Below, piece after piece: positions 28,737 through 38,525 of a DNA stretch of 56,832 bases. The translations under genes and the position numbers were made by a program. A model generated the notes under the pieces. That model had not been told where the DNA came from. It saw nothing but the letters and a program-made list of their open reading frames with translations, and did not search any database. Positions within the stretch are counted from its first letter, which is position 1. Each line of letters begins with the position of its first letter. The DNA comes from a virus (lineage: Duplodnaviria > Caudoviricetes): positions 1 through 56,832 of the IMG/VR virus record IMGVR_UViG_3300001533_002366; one strand, 5' to 3'.

Positions 28737-29231
28737 GTGGAAAAAAAACAAACACAAGGAATTGATAATATTATAGAGCAAGTAAAAAAAGATGCTGATG
28801 ATAAGTTTTTGAAAAAAATAAAACAACATACAGAAAGAGAAGGTTTAGTAATTGATAAAGTATCAACTGCTTTACTTGACAAAAACTTTTCTCCATTAAT
28901 TGTCCGAAAATACCAAGTGGAAGGATGGCCATTATATATCGGTCTAATATGTGATATAAGTTTATCCGATTTGGATCATCTTATTTGGAAAATAATAAGA
29001 GATAGTGGACAATTAGAAAATGATATACAAAACATAAGAAATCTAACAGGAATCATTAGTGACAAACTATTAGAACATTATAACAATATAAAAGAAGGAT
29101 GTGTGGAAGGAATTGCAGTAATATATTACTGTGATAAAATGATGGTCTCCTCTTTGTGGGGAGATTTTATGACTCACCTAAGTTGTAAAATGGAGTTATA
29201 TAGCATTATACAAACACTTCCTCACATATAA
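28737..29231 (+). CDS. Hypothetical protein
   Basis: GTG start with GGAGG RBS. Confidence 0.6.
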   Translation: MEKKQTQGIDNIIEQVKKDADDKFLKKIKQHTEREGLVIDKVSTALLDKNFSPLIVRKYQVEGWPLYIGLICDISLSDLDHLIWKIIRDSGQLENDIQNIRNLTGIISDKLLEHYNNIKEGCVEGIAVIYYCDKMMVSSLWGDFMTHLSCKMELYSIIQTLPHI

Positions 29232-29255
29232 TATTTTATATAAGGAGAATAAAGC

Positions 29256-29777
29256 ATGAAGATTATTGAATTATTAAGACAAAAGAAGATTATCAAAAAA
29301 CGAATGGATGACAATATCAGAAGAATTCAACAATATTCTTCGATGGTTTCTGTAGAAAAAGCAATATATGATACAGAACAAAAACAAAAAGAAGAAGTGA
29401 AAAAACTTATCCAATCAAATGTTGATCTATTAAAACAAATAATGAAAGTTCAAAGACAAATTGAAGAAATGAATTTAAAAACAAAAATAGAAATTGATGG
29501 GATATACTATACAATTAGTGACCTCCTTCTTCTAAAAAGAGGTATGATTCAAACTATGGTCAGAACATATGAAGCTCTAAATGACCAAGAAGGAAAAAAT
29601 AGAATGATGTATTATCGATCTGATGGAGGAGGAAAAACATATAATTCTCAACCACAGCTTGTACGTCTATATGATGAAGAAGTAAAAAATAATGGTCTTA
29701 ATGTATGGAAATATTTTGAAGATAATATTAATTCAAAATTAGAGATCGTAAATGCTACAACTGATGTAACAGAATAA
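29256..29777 (+). CDS. DIP1984-like coiled-coil protein
   Basis: Pattern MK..E.L...K....R; I...N..T.I...G...TI.D.L; C-terminal ..L...NATT, recalled as typical of the DIP1984 family. Confidence 0.55.
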   Translation: MKIIELLRQKKIIKKRMDDNIRRIQQYSSMVSVEKAIYDTEQKQKEEVKKLIQSNVDLLKQIMKVQRQIEEMNLKTKIEIDGIYYTISDLLLLKRGMIQTMVRTYEALNDQEGKNRMMYYRSDGGGKTYNSQPQLVRLYDEEVKNNGLNVWKYFEDNINSKLEIVNATTDVTE

Positions 29778-29801
29778 ATAAGTGAACAAATAAAAAAGAA
29801 T

Positions 29802-30095
29802 GGGGTTTGGTTACGTTAAAAAGAGAAAATTTAAGAGCCCAATCTAACAGGGAATGTTAGTTACTTGACATGACTTTTTGTATAGAAATTTAGCAACAAT
29901 TTCTACGCAACATCTAATGTTTAAAGATAGAAAGACTAAAGTATAAGTCGGTCCCACCGATGATAAAACAATGGTTTTAAAGATATTAAGATAAAAGACA
30001 GCAAGATAGGGCAGTTTAAATACTGTAGATAAATCCAAGATTAAGTGGAGTCCCTCTTAAGACTACTCACCACTCTTGGCTGTAACATAAACCCC
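29802..30095 (+). ncRNA. Candidate structured ncRNA with AAG repeats
   Basis: 5' GGGGTTTGGTTACGTTAAAAAGAG pairs with 3' CTCTTGGCTGTAACATAAACCCC; several internal hairpins; GAACAAATA motif upstream and T-run downstream. Confidence 0.7.
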
Positions 30096-30126
30096 TTTTT
30101 AACTTTATTGGAGCATTTATATATAT

Positions 30127-30411
30127 ATGAAAAAATTTAAAAGTGATGGTTGTTCATTTTTCTTTAATGGAAATTGGAAAAAATGTTGCATAGAACATGA
30201 CAAAAAGTATTGGAAGGGTGGTACAAGGACAGAAAGAAAAAAAGCTGATATTGAACTAATGAAATGTGTTCTATTAAATGGACACCCTTTTATTGCATTT
30301 ATAATGTATGTTGGAGTAAGAATAGGAGGATTATCTATATTACCAACTCCTTTTAGATGGGGGTTTGGATATAATTGGCCATTCTCTAAATCAGAAGATA
30401 AAGATATATAG
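30127..30411 (+). CDS. Conserved hypothetical protein (DGC...CC..HD..Y, PLA2-like motif)
   Basis: SDGCS, CCIEHDKKYW.GG...R..AD, RWG.G. Confidence 0.6.
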   Translation: MKKFKSDGCSFFFNGNWKKCCIEHDKKYWKGGTRTERKKADIELMKCVLLNGHPFIAFIMYVGVRIGGLSILPTPFRWGFGYNWPFSKSEDKDI

Positions 30412-30443
30412 AAAATTCATTTTTTAATTGAATAGGAGAAATT

Positions 30444-30926
30444 ATGAATGAAAGTAAAAAACAAACAATTATAGTTGCACCACACCCAGATGATGAAATT
30501 ATTGGATGTTATGAAATTCTAATTAAAGAAAAACCAATAATTATTTATTCAGCATCTACAAGTAAAGACAGAAGAGAAGAATCTATAAGATTAAAAGAAT
30601 TTGTAGATATTAATGTACAATTATTTTTAGAAACAATACCCTCAAATTTCATAAATCCAGACACTACAATCTATATGCCTGATCCAAATTATGAAATACA
30701 TCCACTACATAGACAATGGGGACATATTGGTGAATCAATAGCAAGAAGTAAACAATCTAATATTATCTTTTACAATACTACAATGACTGCACCATATATT
30801 CATGAAGTGGGAGAATCAGAAAACAAAGAAAAACTCCTAAATGATGTATATACAAGTCAAAAATCTTTGTGGGAATATGAAAAGAAATACATACTTTTTG
30901 AAGGATATTGTAAGTGGATATTTTAA
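30444..30926 (+). CDS. PIG-L/LmbE-family deacetylase-like protein
   Basis: APHPDDE..G, R..E, HP.H, Y.SQ. Confidence 0.75.
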   Translation: MNESKKQTIIVAPHPDDEIIGCYEILIKEKPIIIYSASTSKDRREESIRLKEFVDINVQLFLETIPSNFINPDTTIYMPDPNYEIHPLHRQWGHIGESIARSKQSNIIFYNTTMTAPYIHEVGESENKEKLLNDVYTSQKSLWEYEKKYILFEGYCKWIF

Positions 30927-31144
30927 AAGTTGTGGAACTAATATCTACAGTTTTTGTAATGATTGGTGTTCCATTAATTTCAATACCTGATATTCGTGGA
31001 TTATACTTTCTATTACTTGGTCAAATTGGATGGTCCATTTTTGGCTATTTTAATGAATCTTATTTTTTTACAATTCAAAGTATATTTCTATTAATGTTTA
31101 ACTTTATTGGAATTTATAATTGGAGGAAAAAAAGAATAGGATAA
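30914..31144 (+). CDS. Small membrane protein (PnuC/PQ-loop-like)
   Basis: Three hydrophobic segments, G.Y.W C-terminus. Confidence 0.5.
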   Translation: MDILKVVELISTVFVMIGVPLISIPDIRGLYFLLLGQIGWSIFGYFNESYFFTIQSIFLLMFNFIGIYNWRKKRIG

Positions 31145-31187
31145 AACATAAATCGTCATTTAAAATTCTTTTGAAAGGAGAAAAATT

Positions 31188-31925
31188 ATGACAAACACAG
31201 AAATAGAAAAATTAATAAAAACTACATGGGAACAATCACCACACGGACATTTATGGTTCAATAATAGAGATTTTGAACCATTCCATCTTTTAAGTTGGGA
31301 CTATAATCCACATCAAATTACAAAAATAAATAATGATATAATTGAATATTACTTCCCTTACCAAGAATGTTGGTATTGTACTGGGCAATATGGTCCAAAT
31401 AAAATGGAATGTTATAATTCTCCAGAATGTCACTTCAACTTTCGTTGTAGAGACAAACAATCAGAAAAATCATTTCTAAAAAGCGGATGGATCGAAACTC
31501 GTTTTGAAGCAAATGATCCAAGAGCTATCTTAATGACAAGAGCTGCATTATCATTTAATTTCTATTCTTCTTATCCAATAATTGTTAGAACTGGAAATTG
31601 GACTTCTCTAGTTTTACATCACATCAATTGTAATGGATGGGATGATAGAAAAAACAATCATGCATTAACACACATGCCTCTCCATACAGGATACCATAAT
31701 AAAAGAGATGCGTCGAAAAGGAAATTACATAATGCAGAAAAAAAATTAGATCAATTATTAAATAATCCAAGATCTGATAAAAAACTAATTGAAAATATAA
31801 TAGCAGAAATTCAATTAGAAAGACAAATTTTTAAAAGTATTACAGAGATAGATCTTAGGACTGCAGATTATGCCCAAGATCTACTTGCTTATATGATATC
31901 AAAAAGAAATGGAAAGAATAACTAA
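31188..31925 (+). CDS. Cys-rich HNH endonuclease paralog 1
   Basis: C..C...C....C cluster; HHIN.N..DD...N, H..YH. Confidence 0.6.
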   Translation: MTNTEIEKLIKTTWEQSPHGHLWFNNRDFEPFHLLSWDYNPHQITKINNDIIEYYFPYQECWYCTGQYGPNKMECYNSPECHFNFRCRDKQSEKSFLKSGWIETRFEANDPRAILMTRAALSFNFYSSYPIIVRTGNWTSLVLHHINCNGWDDRKNNHALTHMPLHTGYHNKRDASKRKLHNAEKKLDQLLNNPRSDKKLIENIIAEIQLERQIFKSITEIDLRTADYAQDLLAYMISKRNGKNN

Positions 31926-32412
31926 AATGAATAATCATAAGAGTTATATGAAAAAAATCTTTTTAACAGGAATGGAACCTTTATTAAAAGATACAATAGA
32001 AACATTAAAACATGCACACCAGAAAATAGTTTTCACAAATGGATGTTTTGAGATATTACATTGTGGACATTTAGACACACTACTTGCGGCAAAAACAGTT
32101 GGAGATATATTAATAGTTGGATTAAACAGCAATAGATCAGTGATGTTAAATAAAGGAAGACAAATAATAGATGAGAAAGAAAGAAGTAGAATTCTTGCAG
32201 CTATAGAATTTGTGGACTTTGTTATTATATTTAATGAGAAAACTCCATATAAAATAATTAAATATCTAAAACCAGACATTTTGGTAAAAGGAATAGATTG
32301 GAGTGGGAATATTGTTGGTTCTAATTTAGTAGAAGAAACAATAATAGTTCCACATAAATTAGATATTTCAACAACAAAAATTATTAAAAAAATAAAGGAA
32401 GAAATCAAATGA
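31909..32412 (+). CDS. RfaE/HldE domain II-like nucleotidyltransferase
   Basis: VFTNGCF.ILH.GH, LIVGLNS, R, KPD.LVKG.D, STT. Confidence 0.85.
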   Translation: MERITKMNNHKSYMKKIFLTGMEPLLKDTIETLKHAHQKIVFTNGCFEILHCGHLDTLLAAKTVGDILIVGLNSNRSVMLNKGRQIIDEKERSRILAAIEFVDFVIIFNEKTPYKIIKYLKPDILVKGIDWSGNIVGSNLVEETIIVPHKLDISTTKIIKKIKEEIK

Positions 32413-32771
32413 TTAGATCATTACTGCTTTCATGTCTAATTATAATATCATTACTAATAAATCCATTATTTAGTAGTGGGAAGGATAATCATTCATTAAT
32501 AAGCATGAAAAACACAAACAATAAGCTAATGACTTATCTTGTATTTTGGATAGATCACCCATATCCACAAATCAAAGAACCAATAAATGTGGCTGGAGGA
32601 GAACTAAAACCCGGTGAAAAAAACACATTAAATTATGTATATAAAAATGGTCACTATTATATATTATGGTATGATAAATACGGAAAATTTTCTAATAGTA
32701 TTACATTTAAAATGACAGATGAAATTAGAGAAGTATTCTTAACAGATAAAGAAGTTAAGTATTTAAAATAA
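32409..32771 (+). CDS. Secreted hypothetical protein
   Basis: N-terminal signal peptide. Confidence 0.55.
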   Translation: MIRSLLLSCLIIISLLINPLFSSGKDNHSLISMKNTNNKLMTYLVFWIDHPYPQIKEPINVAGGELKPGEKNTLNYVYKNGHYYILWYDKYGKFSNSITFKMTDEIREVFLTDKEVKYLK

Positions 32772-32783
32772 GGAGTCAATTAT

Positions 32784-33776
32784 ATGAAAACAATACTAAT
32801 AACTGGAGGATGTGGATTTATTGGACATCATATAATAGAACATTTCCTAAAGACTACTGATTGGAATATTATTGTATTTGATAAACTAACATACGCATCA
32901 AGTGGATATGATAGAGTTAGAGATATCGAAGCTTTTGACAATAAACGAGTTTCTTTTTTCGCTTTAGAAATGTCAACAGAAATATCTGAGGGAATTTTAA
33001 AAGAAACTGAAGATAAAGTAAATTATATTCTACATCTTGGTGCCGAAACACATGTAGACAAATCAATTATTAATCCAGAACCATTTGTATTATCAAATGT
33101 GGTTGGAACTATGCATATGTTAAATTATGCAAGAAAACTAAATAACCTAGAAGCATTTGTATATTTTAGTACCGATGAAGTGTTTGGTCCTGCTCCTGAA
33201 AATATTCAATATAAAGAATGGGATAGATATAATAGTACAAATCCTTATGCTGCAACAAAAGCAGGTGGAGAAGAACTAACATTATCTTATATGAATACTT
33301 ATAAGCTTCCAGGATTCATTACTCATACAATGAATGTATTTGGAGAACGTCAACATCCAGAAAAATTTATACCAATGACTATAAAAAATATACTAAATGG
33401 AAATACTGTATATATACATTCTAATGTAGCCAAAACGAAGTCAGGAACAAGATTCTATATACATGCAAGAAATGTGGCATCTGCACTTCACTTCTTATTA
33501 AATAAATTTCAACAAAGAGAAAAATATAATATTACAGGATCTAAAGAAGTTAGTAATTTTGAATTAGCAGAAATGATTGCAAAAATCTTAAACAAAGAAT
33601 TAAAATATGAATTTATAGATTTTCATAGTTCTCGTCCTGGTCATGATTTGAGATACTCATTAGATGGTACAAAATTAAAAGAATTAGGGTGGTCACCACC
33701 CATGGATTTTGAAGAATGTTTACAAAGAACAGTAATCTGGATAAAGGAAAGAGACTTCTGGGGAGATTTAAAATGA
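32784..33776 (+). CDS. rfbB: dTDP-glucose 4,6-dehydratase-like NAD-dependent epimerase/dehydratase
   Basis: TGGCGFIG, DKLTYA, AETHVD.S, STDEV.G, YAATK, Q.PEKFIP, RPGHDLRY. Confidence 0.85.
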   Translation: MKTILITGGCGFIGHHIIEHFLKTTDWNIIVFDKLTYASSGYDRVRDIEAFDNKRVSFFALEMSTEISEGILKETEDKVNYILHLGAETHVDKSIINPEPFVLSNVVGTMHMLNYARKLNNLEAFVYFSTDEVFGPAPENIQYKEWDRYNSTNPYAATKAGGEELTLSYMNTYKLPGFITHTMNVFGERQHPEKFIPMTIKNILNGNTVYIHSNVAKTKSGTRFYIHARNVASALHFLLNKFQQREKYNITGSKEVSNFELAEMIAKILNKELKYEFIDFHSSRPGHDLRYSLDGTKLKELGWSPPMDFEECLQRTVIWIKERDFWGDLK

Positions 33777-34066
33777 TCAGATGTACAATAGAGTTAATTC
33801 CCCATGGTAATGAAAAATATAAAGAATCAATTGGAATAATAGAAATTGTAAATGATGGAAGTGGAAATTTTGAGTATGGAAATTATATGGTATTTATTAG
33901 AAATCAAAAACCATATACTAAAATTTCAATTGATGATTTGAAAAAAATGATGATTAAAAAAGAGAAAATAGACGGAATAATTTTAGGGAAAGTAAAGAAA
34001 TTTAAAAGAATTAATAATATTTATGAATTACTTATTAAATCACTTAAATCATGTGGTTTCAAATAA
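33773..34066 (+). CDS. Hypothetical protein
   Basis: ATGA-coupled start at 33773 (MIRCTIELIP.G...). Confidence 0.6.
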   Translation: MIRCTIELIPHGNEKYKESIGIIEIVNDGSGNFEYGNYMVFIRNQKPYTKISIDDLKKMMIKKEKIDGIILGKVKKFKRINNIYELLIKSLKSCGFK

Positions 34067-34091
34067 TTTAGTAATATAGTATGGAGGAAAA

Positions 34092-34496
34092 ATGTCATAT
34101 ATAGTATTATCAAGACACTACTCTCTTAGTGGTGAAGAAAATTATCTTCTTGCAAGTACTCAATTAGAAGATGATTTAAATATTGAAATAGGAGAAATAG
34201 TAAATATTATTCCACGTTATAAAACGATATCACTTAATAAGGATGAAACAGTTGAGTTTAGATCCACTATTTGTAAGACATGTCATGCTGTAACATATGG
34301 TGATTTTATTTATTGTCCTTGGTGTGGAACAAAATATGATTTCAATCCAAAAAAGAAGACTCATAAAAAGAAAGAAGATAAAGATCAAAAGTACGAAAAA
34401 CAAAACAATATTCAATCTACCCTTCTTAAGCTGATTGCACCGTATAAAACTAAGGAGGAGAAAAAAAATGAAGACGAATCCGAAAGAAGTGAATGA
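34092..34496 (+). CDS. Zn-ribbon hypothetical protein
   Basis: CKTC...YCPWCG. Confidence 0.6.
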   Translation: MSYIVLSRHYSLSGEENYLLASTQLEDDLNIEIGEIVNIIPRYKTISLNKDETVEFRSTICKTCHAVTYGDFIYCPWCGTKYDFNPKKKTHKKKEDKDQKYEKQNNIQSTLLKLIAPYKTKEEKKNEDESERSE

Positions 34497-34737
34497 ATTA
34501 ATAAAAGAACAAGAAGAACTCTTTTATAAATGGAAAGATCTTAAATATAGTATAGATATAATTGCTTCTATATTACAAAATCCAATAAATGAATACATAC
34601 TAACAAGTTCGGATAAAATAGAATGGAAAAATAACGTGATTAAATTTACAAAGGAAATAGTAAATTTAACAAATCAGTCTATAAAACTTTTAAACAAATT
34701 TAAAATAACAGAAGGAGAGGGAAACAATGTTAGATAA
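34468..34737 (+). CDS. Hypothetical protein
   Basis: ATG 34468 after AAGGAGG. Confidence 0.5.
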   Translation: MKTNPKEVNELIKEQEELFYKWKDLKYSIDIIASILQNPINEYILTSSDKIEWKNNVIKFTKEIVNLTNQSIKLLNKFKITEGEGNNVR

Positions 34738-35500
34738 TAGAAGCCCAAGAAATCCATTTGATATATCAAAAAGAAGTATATATAATCCATATAATGTACA
34801 AAGAATTGAAGAAACCATAAAGAGATATTTTCTCCCCATGGGTGATAAATGCAAATATTGTAAATTTGAATTAGAAGATCCATTACCCACATGTATTTTA
34901 GATTGTCCATGGAGAGTACATTGGACACCAGGTAATCGATATCCAAAAGGGCATCCGATGATAGAAAGTAAAAGACCAAATCCATTTAGTATTTTTATTA
35001 AGAAAACAAACTTATTATTTTGCTACTACAACAAATTAGATTTTATCTTCTTGGGATCAGTTTTACATGGAATGGAAATTGATCATATTAATTCAGATCC
35101 ATTTGATGATAGAGAAGAAAATCTAGTTCCAATCTTATCACAAGGACCAAATCTAATCAAAGGAAAAGAATATAAAGCATTACAAAAGAGATTTAAAGAA
35201 ATATGGGAAATAAAGAATCAGGGAGTTAAACACTTTACACCAGAAATAGAAACAGAACTAAGAGATATAATAAATAAATTAAACAAATATTCGGATAAGA
35301 TAATTCCAGAAAGATTTTATCACCTAATCATTCATATGCAAAATTCGATAAATCAAAACAAAATATTTGTCCCACCAAAATCATGGTGGGTACACTATAA
35401 TAGTAGTGAACTTTTAGATCATGTAGAAAAGAAATTAAAAGAAGAACCAGAAAAATATTATCATCCAGAAGAAAAGGAGGAAGAGAATGATAGACAATAG
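34727..35500 (+). CDS. Cys-rich HNH endonuclease paralog 2
   Basis: R.PRNPFD, C..C..C...C..H, DHINSDPFDDREENL, IFVPP.SW. Confidence 0.65.
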   Translation: MLDNRSPRNPFDISKRSIYNPYNVQRIEETIKRYFLPMGDKCKYCKFELEDPLPTCILDCPWRVHWTPGNRYPKGHPMIESKRPNPFSIFIKKTNLLFCYYNKLDFIFLGSVLHGMEIDHINSDPFDDREENLVPILSQGPNLIKGKEYKALQKRFKEIWEIKNQGVKHFTPEIETELRDIINKLNKYSDKIIPERFYHLIIHMQNSINQNKIFVPPKSWWVHYNSSELLDHVEKKLKEEPEKYYHPEEKEEENDRQ

Positions 35501-36230
35501 AACACCTAGAAATCCGTGGGATATATCTCAGTATGATATATATAATCCATCTGGACTTGGAGGGGTATCACCTACGCTTATGGAATTATTTTGTCCATCA
35601 GGAATTAAAATGTGTGCAACATGCCCATTAGAATATTCAAATATTATTCCCCAATGTTTCATTCCATGTCTGTGGGGAACACATCTTATGACTCCAACAA
35701 TTAAATATCCAGATGGATATCCTTTTGTAGAAAGCATAATATCTAGAAACCCCTTTAGTTTACATATCAAGAAACCTCATTTTTTCTATACTTATTATAA
35801 AAAATTAGATTTTATGTTTATGAGTAGTTGGCTTCATGGAATTATATTAGATCATCTTGATGGTAATGCATTTAATGATAGTGAAGAAAATTTAGTACCA
35901 ATTGTTAGTTCACAAGAAAATATGCAAAGGGGTAAAGACTTAATACAGCTACAAAAAAAATTTAAAGATTTATGGAAAAATACAAAACGTAATGGAAAAA
36001 TGCCAGAAGAAATCCAGGAGATAATATTAAAGATGAATGAACACTTAAAGAAGGAAGCCGATCAAAGAATATATCAATTAATTGAATATACCAATAAAGC
36101 AATATCAGAAAATAAAATATTTGTACCCCCAAAGTCTTGGTGGGTAAAAAGAAATAATAGTGAAGTACTTATATATGTAGAAAAGAAATTAAAAGAAGAA
36201 CCAGAAAAATATTATCATCCAGAAAAATAA
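35487..36230 (+). CDS. Cys-rich HNH endonuclease paralog 3
   Basis: R.PRNPWD, Cys cluster, DHLDGNAFNDSEENL...EN, IFVPP.SW. Confidence 0.65.
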   Translation: MIDNRTPRNPWDISQYDIYNPSGLGGVSPTLMELFCPSGIKMCATCPLEYSNIIPQCFIPCLWGTHLMTPTIKYPDGYPFVESIISRNPFSLHIKKPHFFYTYYKKLDFMFMSSWLHGIILDHLDGNAFNDSEENLVPIVSSQENMQRGKDLIQLQKKFKDLWKNTKRNGKMPEEIQEIILKMNEHLKKEADQRIYQLIEYTNKAISENKIFVPPKSWWVKRNNSEVLIYVEKKLKEEPEKYYHPEK

Positions 36231-36240
36231 GGAGGATAAA

Positions 36241-36669
36241 ATGAAAGTAAAAGGTAAAATACAAATAGGAAGAGTAATTTCTAATTCGGAAGATGATTAC
36301 ATTATTATAGATTTAGAAGACCAAACATCAAATAAAAACTTTGCTACTGCCAAATTATCACTACAAAATTTTGCAAAAGCTATAACTTCTCAAACTGTAG
36401 AATGTGAAATAGAAGTAAGAAGTTTAGAAAAAGTTGGAAAGAAACGTGAAATAAAATATATACAGATAGATATTCCAAACTCAACAAATGAAGAAGAAAT
36501 AAAAACAATTATTTCTTCTTTTGAAATAGATGGATGGAAAGGAAATTTAAATGATGTAAAAAATCATCATAATCGAATTAAATCAGAAATCACTGGTACA
36601 TATGATTGTTACAAAGTATTATTTGAAAGATATATAAACATAGAGGAAAAAGATGAACAGAAAAGATAA
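36241..36669 (+). CDS. Hypothetical protein
   Basis: ORF with AAGGAGG RBS. Confidence 0.6.
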   Translation: MKVKGKIQIGRVISNSEDDYIIIDLEDQTSNKNFATAKLSLQNFAKAITSQTVECEIEVRSLEKVGKKREIKYIQIDIPNSTNEEEIKTIISSFEIDGWKGNLNDVKNHHNRIKSEITGTYDCYKVLFERYINIEEKDEQKR

Positions 36670-37322
36670 TAGAACTATATTTGATCCTTTAAATAATTTT
36701 GCAAGATTGAATCATAATCAAGGAAGGATAAAAAAAATTACATCAGAAATTTTTTCAAAATATATCATTTCTAGTAAATGTTATAATTGTAAATTACGAG
36801 AAGAAGAAATAATTCCACCATGTTATCTTGACGGGAGATGTAAATTTTATATCCACTACAGACCATCCCCAGTTGTTGTAACAAAGAACTTAAAAAACTC
36901 AATCTATTTAACAAGGGGAACTTTGATTATAAACTATTATCTTCAACTACCATTCATTCTTCGTGCAACTGCAAGTACTGGTCTTGTTATTCATCATAAG
37001 GATTTAAACCCATTTAATGATAATTTTTCCAATTTAGCGGTTATAACAGAAAATGGCGAAAATGGACACGCCAGTATACATTCACATGATTATCTATCAA
37101 AATTAAAAAGGATTACTATCAAATATAAAACAAATATCTAATAAAGAATTAGAAGAATATACTAAATTATATAAAGACATGGAATTATCAAATTCTGAAG
37201 ATATGCCTCCTCTTTGTGAACGGGCATTAAACATATCACATGATATAATAACATCAATTTTAGAGGGACGTATATATGAACCACCACCAGAATGGAATAT
37301 TAAAAAAGGACATATAAAATGA
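36653..37322 (+). pseudogene. Cys-rich HNH paralog 4, frameshifted near 37105-37110
   Basis: HHKDLNPFNDNFSNL; the family C-terminus (RIYEPPPEW) is in the +1 frame and ends in an ATGA overlap with the next gene. Confidence 0.65.
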
Positions 37323-38446
37323 TAAATAAAGCAGCCAGATTGCTAGATACTACAGAAGATCTATTACAGGAATTTACTGAAATAGATCCATTCTCCAATA
37401 ATCAATTATACGGATATATATGTAGAGAATCTACGCATAATTATGGCGCTATGGTGTTATATAAAATAAATGAGGAAAATACTGAACAAGTAATATATTG
37501 CACTCCTAAATTGGAATATCCTTTTGATAAAGGTGGCCATTTTCATTGGCCACCAATTACACAATTAGAAATATGGGATAAGTTAGATGGTACTAATATT
37601 CTTGCTTATCATTATATATACAATAATAAAGATTATGTTACATTTAAAACAAGATTAAGTGTTATTTTAAAAAATGGTCGATTTGGTAATTTTTTAAATT
37701 TATGGAAAGAATGTCTAACTAATAGTAAATGGATTAAAAACACAATTCAAATGAATCCAGAATTTAATTTATCATTTGAATTATATGGTTTTAGAAATCC
37801 ACATACAATTACCTATAATGTTCCATTAGATACTGTATTATTATTTGGTGTAGATAAAGATCATAAAATAAAACCACCAAGTCAATTAAATTTAGATAAA
37901 GATAATGTAAAATTACCAACATATATTCAAAGTGAAAAGAAGAGTGATCTGACATCTACATATGAAAAATTACGTTCTGAAATGTCAGCTATAAATAATA
38001 AACTCAAAGATGAATTTACAGTTGAGGGAGTTGTATTATATGCATTTACAGATGAACATATATGGAGACAATTTAAATGTAAACCAGAAGAAATACAACA
38101 AATACATTGGTCAAATTCTTCTATTCCAAAAAGAGAATTATGGAATACAGCAATTAATTCATTTGAAGAGGGTAATTCATCTATAGAACATTTTACTAAA
38201 TTATTACGAGAAGAATATACAAATCAACAAATAGGGAGAATCGAACAAAAAATTAAGAAAGTATTTTATGAAGCTAAACAACACGTAGAATTCGTACAAA
38301 AAGTAAATCACTGTTGGGATGAAGCCAAAAAACAGGGATTTGATATAACAAAGAATAAAGCAGATACCTTTAGATTTTTGAGTAAATTCTTTGAAAAGAA
38401 AGAAATGAAAAAAGTCGGTCGTGTTGTATTACGTCAAATCATATAA
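37319..38446 (+). CDS. RNA ligase-like nucleotidyltransferase
   Basis: PK, KLDGTN (motif I), TR, FELYG (III), EGVV (IV), K.K (V). Confidence 0.7.
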   Translation: MINKAARLLDTTEDLLQEFTEIDPFSNNQLYGYICRESTHNYGAMVLYKINEENTEQVIYCTPKLEYPFDKGGHFHWPPITQLEIWDKLDGTNILAYHYIYNNKDYVTFKTRLSVILKNGRFGNFLNLWKECLTNSKWIKNTIQMNPEFNLSFELYGFRNPHTITYNVPLDTVLLFGVDKDHKIKPPSQLNLDKDNVKLPTYIQSEKKSDLTSTYEKLRSEMSAINNKLKDEFTVEGVVLYAFTDEHIWRQFKCKPEEIQQIHWSNSSIPKRELWNTAINSFEEGNSSIEHFTKLLREEYTNQQIGRIEQKIKKVFYEAKQHVEFVQKVNHCWDEAKKQGFDITKNKADTFRFLSKFFEKKEMKKVGRVVLRQII

Positions 38447-38525
38447 ATATCTATATGGAAAAATAAATACAAATAGTCTTTATAATAAACAAAAGAATAT
38501 GTAATAATATGAAGGAGAAAAATAG

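Noticed and set aside
29844-30038. 64-aa minus-strand ORF over the ncRNA candidate
   Set aside because: It is antisense to the operon, has no promoter motif and no recognisable protein features; RNA structure explains the region better.
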